Part shown: in pieces, positions 15,789 through 20,587 of the stretch
How positions within the stretch are numbered: position 1 is the stretch's first letter
Layout of the letters: the number at the start of each line of letters is the position of its first letter
Virus record (IMG/VR): IMGVR_UViG_3300029862_000030
Coordinates: 1 to 20,587 of that record
Reading direction: 5' to 3' (one strand)
Source: a virus
Taxonomy: Duplodnaviria; Heunggongvirae; Uroviricota; Caudoviricetes
DNA length: 20,587 nucleotides
Notes under the pieces: model-generated
The model's database searches: none
Told to the model about the DNA's origin: nothing
What the model saw: only the letters and a program-made list of their open reading frames with translations
Position numbers and translations under genes: made by a program

Positions 15789-15864
15789 TGGTGGCCCTTG
15801 CTGGATTTGAACCAGCGACCTGGCGATTATGAGTCGCTCGCTCTCACCACTGAGCTAAAGGGCC
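15789..15864 (-). tRNA. tRNA-Ile2 (anticodon CAT, lysidine type, reads AUA), ileZ/ileX-like
   Basis: Hand-folded 76-nt sequence GGCCCTTTAGCTCAGTGGTGAGAGCGAGCGACTCATAATCGCCAGGTCGCTGGTTCAAATCCAGCAAGGGCCACCA, which closely resembles E. coli tRNA-Ile2 (ileX) as recalled. Anticodon loop CTCATAA. Confidence 0.8.
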
Positions 15865-15904
15865 GGGAGCCGCATAATAACGACGCGTAATTAATTCTTC
15901 AATA

Positions 15905-16243
15905 TCATCCGTTCTGGCTGACTAAATCCTGTACTTCCCGAACCGTCTGCTCAAAACGTTCAGTCTCCAGCTCAACGCCAATTGCACGACGCCCGAGCGC
16001 CAGTGCCGCTTTCACTGTCGAACCCGACCCCATGAAAAAATCTGCAATCAGGTCACCCGGACGACTGCTAGCGCTGATTATCTGCTGCAGCATTTCTGCC
16101 GGTTTTTCGCACGGATGTTTCCCGGGATAGAACTGCACCGGTTTATGCGTCCAGACATCGGTATACGGCACCTGCGCCGTCACGCCAAAATACCGCCGCA
16201 GTCGGCATTCACAACCACCAGCGCATTTAACGTTCAGGCACAA
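15905..16243 (-). pseudogene. 5'-truncated DNA N6-adenine/N4-cytosine methyltransferase remnant (C-terminal part only)
   Basis: The 112-aa ORF contains HPCEKP (the HPTQKP-type motif) and DFFMGSGST (the FxGxG AdoMet-binding motif) near its C-terminus. These are the C-terminal half of beta-class amino-methyltransferases. No DPPY motif or N-terminal half is present; the reading frame runs into the AT-rich region upstream of the porin. Confidence 0.6.
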
Positions 16244-16693
16244 AAAAACCCGCTCATCGGCGGGTTTAAGCTGTGTGACGAAGTAACTACTCTTAACAGC
16301 ATAACCAATTTTTTACGTACGTAAACTACTAAATGATATTTGTGAGAATGCCACCGAGTGTTCAAAACACCACCACAAATACATAAGAAAATTTCAACAA
16401 ATAACCAATTAATAATTTCAGATGTTATTTTTAGTTTGTTTAAATTAAGCTAAAGAATTATAGACTGCTTATAAATAAGTTCCATTAATATAAATTAGCT
16501 AATAGATTTATTTTTGTTCAAACAAGAGCCATAAATAGGATTAGATAGAAAAGGTTCAGATAAAAATAGAGATCTACTTCACAAATTAAATGAGAAACTA
16601 AAACTTACATCTTGAAATAATCACATTGATTAGATGAATATTTATCGCGCAGTGACATCATTTTTTAATAATAGTTCAAAAAAAGGGTGTACA

Positions 16694-17776
16694 ATGAAAA
16701 AATTAACAGTGGCAATTTCTGCTGTAGCTGCATCAGTACTGATGGCGATGTCTGCTCAGGCAGCTGAAATTTATAATAAAGACAGTAACAAGCTGGATCT
16801 ATACGGGAAAGTTAATGCCAAGCACTACTTCTCCTCTAATGATGCAGATGATGGTGATACTACTTATGCCCGTCTTGGCTTCAAAGGTGAAACCCAAATC
16901 AACGATCAACTGACTGGTTTCGGTCAGTGGGAATATGAATTCAAAGGCAACCGCGCTGAATCTCAAGGTTCTTCCAAAGACAAAACCCGTCTTGCATTTG
17001 CAGGCCTGAAATTTGGTGATTACGGCTCAATCGATTACGGCCGTAACTACGGTGTAGCATACGACATCGGTGCGTGGACTGACGTTCTGCCAGAATTCGG
17101 TGGTGATACCTGGACCCAAACAGATGTGTTCATGACTGGTCGCACTACTGGTGTTGCAACTTATCGTAACAACGACTTCTTTGGTCTGGTCGATGGCCTG
17201 AACTTTGCTGCTCAGTATCAGGGTAAAAATGACCGCACTGACGTAACTGAAGCCAATGGTGATGGTTTCGGTTTCTCCACTACTTATGAGTATGAAGGAT
17301 TCGGCGTGGGTGCAACCTATGCTAAATCAGATCGCACTGACGGTCAGGTCGCCTATGGTAAGAGCAAATTCAATGCCTCCGGCAAAAATGCGGAAGTATG
17401 GGCTGCAGGCCTGAAATATGATGCGAACAATATCTATCTGGCTACCACATATTCTGAAACTCAGAATATGACCGTTTTTGGTAATAACCATATTGCAAAC
17501 AAAGCACAAAACTTTGAAGCAGTAGCACAATATCAGTTTGACTTCGGTCTGCGCCCATCTGTTGCTTACCTTCAGTCAAAAGGTAAAGACCTTGGTGTTC
17601 ATGGTGACCGAGACTTAGTCAAGTATGTCGATGTCGGTGCTACTTACTACTTTAATAAAAACATGTCCACTTTTGTTGATTACAAAATCAACTTAATTGA
17701 CGATAGTAAGTTTACCAAAACAGCTGATATTGATACCGACGACATCGTCGCTGTAGGTCTGGTTTACCAGTTCTAA
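16694..17776 (+). CDS. nmpC: Outer membrane general porin, NmpC/OmpC/OmpD family
   Basis: The track ORF 16634..17776 contains the signal peptide [23 protein letters not shown] followed by [16 protein letters not shown] and a C-terminal ...VGLVYQF beta-barrel signature, matching NmpC as recalled. The start was trimmed to the MKKL Met; my nucleotide count in that line disagrees with the track frame by 1 nt, so the start is good to about 1 nt. It is on the opposite strand to the phage late genes and preceded by about 370 nt of very AT-rich DNA. Confidence 0.9.
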   Translation: MKKLTVAISAVAASVLMAMSAQAAEIYNKDSNKLDLYGKVNAKHYFSSNDADDGDTTYARLGFKGETQINDQLTGFGQWEYEFKGNRAESQGSSKDKTRLAFAGLKFGDYGSIDYGRNYGVAYDIGAWTDVLPEFGGDTWTQTDVFMTGRTTGVATYRNNDFFGLVDGLNFAAQYQGKNDRTDVTEANGDGFGFSTTYEYEGFGVGATYAKSDRTDGQVAYGKSKFNASGKNAEVWAAGLKYDANNIYLATTYSETQNMTVFGNNHIANKAQNFEAVAQYQFDFGLRPSVAYLQSKGKDLGVHGDRDLVKYVDVGATYYFNKNMSTFVDYKINLIDDSKFTKTADIDTDDIVAVGLVYQF

Positions 17777-17779
17777 TCT

Positions 17780-17950
17780 GATTACGAAAAAGATATGTTG
17801 CGGGAGGCGTTGCCTCCCCAACATATAAGTGGCTCCCTCAAGCCACTTCCTTTAGAAGCACAACCTTGCTTCTAACTATATAAACCTTCTGTTATATATT
17901 ACCCTTTATTTTTGGGGGCGTCTCAACGCCCCATTTTTAATAATTTTTAG
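17780..17950 (+). ncRNA. Candidate structured 3' region / small RNA downstream of the porin (IpeX-like position)
   Basis: Three successive plus-strand hairpins (GGGAGGC-GTT-GCCTCCC, AAGTGGCT-CCCTCA-AGCCACTT, GAAGC..GCTTC) followed by an intrinsic terminator (GGGGCG-TCTCAA-CGCCCC then ATTTTTAATAATTTTT). In E. coli K-12 DLP12 the IpeX sRNA is reported downstream of nmpC; I cannot verify identity from sequence alone. Confidence 0.35.
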
Positions 17951-17965
17951 TAAACAATTGGCATA

Positions 17966-18349
17966 TTAATTAGAGTTATTAACAACGATATCCATCTCTA
18001 ACTGGATATCTAATGCCATTAACATCCCTTCAATTATGCCCTCAGCCTTCTGTAACCTTTTCCCGATATAACCATCAGAGCAGCAATGCTTACCTGCCAG
18101 TGACATGAATGTCATACCGACTACATAATAATCTACTAATAAATCGTGCAAATCGCTGTTGTTCTTTTTCAGACGGGCCATGCACCCGCAAATGATCATA
18201 GCGTCATCGTCACAACATTGCGGGCGAGATTTTACTTTTGAAGTAATTAATCCCTTAAAACCGGCGGCAATGGACGACCAGGTCACATCTTCATGATTAT
18301 TAGCCGCCCACGCTCCCCAACGCTCAAGAACCATCTGAATATCACGCAT
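17966..18349 (-). CDS. Late-gene antiterminator Q (DLP12 QuuD-like)
   Basis: The 127-aa product from the ATG at 18349 ([22 protein letters not shown]...) matches my recollection of E. coli QuuD. The track ORF starts 5 codons earlier at an alternative TTG. It lies downstream of rusA and ylcG, as in DLP12. Confidence 0.8.
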   Translation of the reverse strand: MRDIQMVLERWGAWAANNHEDVTWSSIAAGFKGLITSKVKSRPQCCDDDAMIICGCMARLKKNNSDLHDLLVDYYVVGMTFMSLAGKHCCSDGYIGKRLQKAEGIIEGMLMALDIQLEMDIVVNNSN

Positions 18350-18434
18350 CAACTTACTCCACAAAAATCAGACCAGAACGCCAATTACAAGCAAAAATCA
18401 ACAAAACAGTATTAGTTGATTGTTATCTCTGACT

Positions 18435-18572
18435 TCATACTCCTGCTCCTGTCAGGGTTTTGGCGTAATTCTTCAGTATTCGGTAATCGGTCAAAACAGA
18501 ACCGGGGAAACGATATAAGCGCAGATGCCCCCAGCGGTGGCGAAGAAGTTCTGCCATATAAAACTCAAACAT
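18435..18572 (-). CDS. YlcG-like small protein
   Basis: Hand translation from the ATG overlapping the rusA stop (TGATG) gives [45 protein letters not shown] (45 aa). It is below the track cutoff. The position between rusA and Q matches ylcG of DLP12. Confidence 0.45.
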   Translation of the reverse strand: MFEFYMAELLRHRWGHLRLYRFPGSVLTDYRILKNYAKTLTGAGV

Positions 18573-18934
18573 CATTCATTCCCCATTTCGGTGATGGTCA
18601 GTTCCAGCCTCCCACCTTTGGTAACAGGCATCTTCACAACGCGGTAATCAACGACCTGAGCATCATCCAGCCAGAAACCTGCTTTGGTGAGTGCGTCAAA
18701 AGAGGCTTTTTGTAGATTATCCAGGTCACGGCGACGGCGATCCGGCATGTGGCACTCAATGCGGATTTTCACAGGCATAGCCAGACCGATATCCAGCATT
18801 GAGCCTTTAATGATTCGGGCGACGTTATCGCGGTATGCCTGCCCTTCTGCGCTGATGTGCGTGCGCCCTCGATTATGGCGGTAGTAGCGGTTATTGCTCG
18901 GCGGCCAGGGTAGTGTGATGTGGTAAGTATTCAC
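18572..18934 (-). CDS. rusA: Holliday junction resolvase RusA
   Basis: The 120-aa product [26 protein letters not shown]...ITEMGNE is nearly identical to E. coli RusA as recalled. Confidence 0.9.
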   Translation of the reverse strand: MNTYHITLPWPPSNNRYYRHNRGRTHISAEGQAYRDNVARIIKGSMLDIGLAMPVKIRIECHMPDRRRRDLDNLQKASFDALTKAGFWLDDAQVVDYRVVKMPVTKGGRLELTITEMGNE

Positions 18935-19221
18935 GCCTTAATTACCCCCTCTTTCAGCCAGATAACCTGCGTTCTCGCCATACCTTCCAGCGCGCATTCT
19001 TTTGCATATCCAGCGTCAACAAAATGCGTGCGGCGGTCGATTTCGTCGTGGCAGGCAGAACATGCAATGGTGGCAATCAGGTCTGGCGGTTTCGTACCGG
19101 TGCCGCACAATCCAGTCAGCCGGATATGTGCCAGTACAGACGTTTCAGGGTTGCCATTACATACGCCAGGGATTCTTACCTGGCATTCCCGACCACGCGC
19201 TGCTTTTCTCAAATCAGCCAT
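18931..19221 (-). CDS. YbcO-like protein (DUF1364, putative nuclease)
   Basis: 96-aa product from the ATG at 19221 ([28 protein letters not shown]...), with an AGGAGG Shine-Dalgarno sequence. It is Cys-rich and overlaps the rusA start. The track ORF is extended 13 codons upstream. Confidence 0.7.
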   Translation of the reverse strand: MADLRKAARGRECQVRIPGVCNGNPETSVLAHIRLTGLCGTGTKPPDLIATIACSACHDEIDRRTHFVDAGYAKECALEGMARTQVIWLKEGVIKA

Positions 19222-19384
19222 GATTCCTCCTTGCTGCCAGTCGCAACCATTTTTTATCAACCAGGCTAGCGGTATATCCGAGCAGTGTTGGTATTTCGGA
19301 TGGCTTCAGCTCAGGTTTACGCTTACGACGATTTGGTACTTTGTAGATGTGTCCGTTCATGACACGAATAAGCGGTGTAGCCAT
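19214..19384 (-). CDS. ninE: NinE-like protein
   Basis: Hand translation gives a 56-aa product [56 protein letters not shown]. Its start overlaps the upstream stop (TAATG) and its stop overlaps the ybcO-like start. Below the track cutoff. Confidence 0.65.
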   Translation of the reverse strand: MATPLIRVMNGHIYKVPNRRKRKPELKPSEIPTLLGYTASLVDKKWLRLAARRNHG

Positions 19385-19839
19385 TACGCCTCCTGCTTGT
19401 CGCGCAGCAGCTGGAACTCGCAGCTCTGCGGAATAGTCAGGTGGCAGCCAATATTCATCGCCCAGGCTTCAACCTTACACAGGAAGACATACATCTCTCC
19501 GGTATCAAGATCGGAGGTATGGCGTAACGACTGGATAGTAGTGATTTCGCCGGTTACGACATCAACCAGGTCCTTGGTTTCATAACCGAGGTATGTGTGT
19601 TTGAGAGCATCTTTTACCCATGCTGCGGTAGCGAACGATTTCCCCCTGCTGATGAGGTATTCACTGATTTCGCTGTACCACATGTGGCTGAGTGCATTCT
19701 GGGAAAGACTGCGTCTCTCTCGCCACGGTTTAAGCACCATGCGAAAGCATTTGCCGTCTTCCAGATAAGGCTGGATCTGCTGACCGATAGCGGTGAAGTT
19801 ACCGCGATGCAATTTGATGCCATCTTGTGGGAGGTTCAC
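19384..19839 (-). CDS. NinB/YbcN-like DNA-binding recombination protein
   Basis: 151-aa ORF with an [13 protein letters not shown] motif, similar to the SLDQN region of lambda NinB. It sits at the head of the nin block and matches my recollection of DLP12 YbcN. Confidence 0.65.
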   Translation of the reverse strand: MNLPQDGIKLHRGNFTAIGQQIQPYLEDGKCFRMVLKPWRERRSLSQNALSHMWYSEISEYLISRGKSFATAAWVKDALKHTYLGYETKDLVDVVTGEITTIQSLRHTSDLDTGEMYVFLCKVEAWAMNIGCHLTIPQSCEFQLLRDKQEA

Positions 19840-20045
19840 GCTTCACCTCCACAGAGGTCAAACGCTAGATGCAAAGAATTGCAGGTGCATTTCTGCATCT
19901 GTGAAAGGAGAAGATAGTTTGGATTGTATGTGCGCATAAACGTCCCCGTTTAGCGCAGAAGTCACCGGAGTTGTTCAGGCTCCGATTACTTAATTATGGC
20001 AAGTTGATTATCGCAAATCAAAGGTTTTAATTGTGCTTTATTCTT

Positions 20046-20246
20046 TCAAGCGTTTCCTTCATACCAAAGCCTATAAAGTTTTTCTTCTTCGTTTGGGTTA
20101 ATAGGCTCACCATGTTTTAATTTTTCAGTGTACAAAATTGTTGAACAAATCGCGGAAGTTAATCCAGTGATCGCCATCTGCTGCAGATCGGATTTTTGTG
20201 TCCCCCCCAACAGACGATCTCCCATCCATGTAATAATTGTATCCAT
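20046..20246 (-). CDS. Hypothetical small protein (66 aa) in an AT-rich segment
   Basis: ORF in the track (MDTIITWMGDRLLGG...). The local composition is AT-rich compared with the nin genes. No family recognised. Confidence 0.3.
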   Translation of the reverse strand: MDTIITWMGDRLLGGTQKSDLQQMAITGLTSAICSTILYTEKLKHGEPINPNEEEKLYRLWYEGNA

Positions 20247-20465
20247 GCTTCAGCCCTTCTTAGTAAATAGTGTGTAGGGCGACTGAAGGACCGAGTTTAT
20301 GCTTTTTCGCATTGCTTTCAGTTAGTAGACCGGTATCGCACCGGAAACAATCCTACGGCAAATTGGTTGTCTGACCTCTCGGTTTTTCGTGCATTAACCG
20401 ATACCCACTACAGTCTCGGCGAAAGCTGCACACCCCCAAGGTGTACTGGTAGCACTCGGCACAGC

Positions 20466-20587
20466 CTAGCGCGCCACTTTCTTCTCACTATCCAGTCTAA
20501 TTTTATCCCCTTGAACCGCCCCGGGTTTCCTGGAGAGTATTTTATCTGTGAACTCAGGCTGCCAGATCATCGTTTCCGATGGAAGCA
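20466..20587 (-). CDS. Possible 3' end of a minus-strand gene whose start lies beyond the right edge of the window
   Basis: The minus-strand frame stays open from the window edge to the TAG at 20468..20466 (...ETMIWQPEFTDKILSRKPGAVQGDKIRLDSEKKVAR). Other minus-strand frames have early stops. Not recognised; could be chance. Confidence 0.2.
   Translation of the reverse strand, partial: LPSETMIWQPEFTDKILSRKPGAVQGDKIRLDSEKKVAR

Noticed and set aside
17780-17965. Late promoter PR' directly downstream of the Q gene
   Set aside because: The best candidate on the minus strand (TTGAGA, 19-nt spacer, TAATAT) has non-optimal spacing and overlaps the porin terminator hairpin, so I did not annotate it. 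It is not excluded.
20250-20587. Retron msr/msd or group II intron RNA at the right edge
   Set aside because: I found no flanking inverted repeats, no GUGYG 5' end with a domain V motif, and no adjacent reverse transcriptase ORF in the window. The region is better explained as an ordinary intergenic stretch plus the 3' end of a gene.
1-20587. CRISPR array, insertion sequence or transposase, integrase or attachment site
   Set aside because: No spaced direct repeats, no transposase-like or tyrosine/serine recombinase ORF and no terminal inverted repeats were seen. The prophage ends are outside this window.

Overview
This window is the late region of a lambdoid prophage with an HK97/lambda mosaic, of the kind found in Escherichia coli and relatives; almost every gene is on the minus strand, so transcription runs from high to low coordinates. 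From right to left: a nin-region block (NinB/YbcN-like, NinE, YbcO-like, RusA resolvase, YlcG-like), a Q-type antiterminator, a convergent plus-strand NmpC/OmpC-family porin with a structured 3' region, a 5'-truncated DNA methyltransferase remnant, three tRNAs (Ile-CAT, Arg-TCG, Arg-TCT), and a phage-21-type lysis cassette (pinholin, YdfR-like protein, SAR endolysin, nested Rz/Rz1 spanins). Then come an HNH endonuclease, an AT-rich plus-strand gene of unknown function antisense to the late operon, the packaging and head genes (terminase small and large subunits, portal, prohead protease, HK97-fold capsid, connector and neck proteins), and the tail genes (major tail protein with Ig-like tail, G/GT frameshift chaperone, 1077-aa tape measure, M, partial L). 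No integrase, CRISPR array, IS element or toxin gene is visible. The most likely place for something undescribed is the unknown plus-strand gene at 12520..13035 and the C-tract intergenic region beside it. All identifications rest on reading the translations against remembered protein families; no database search was run.
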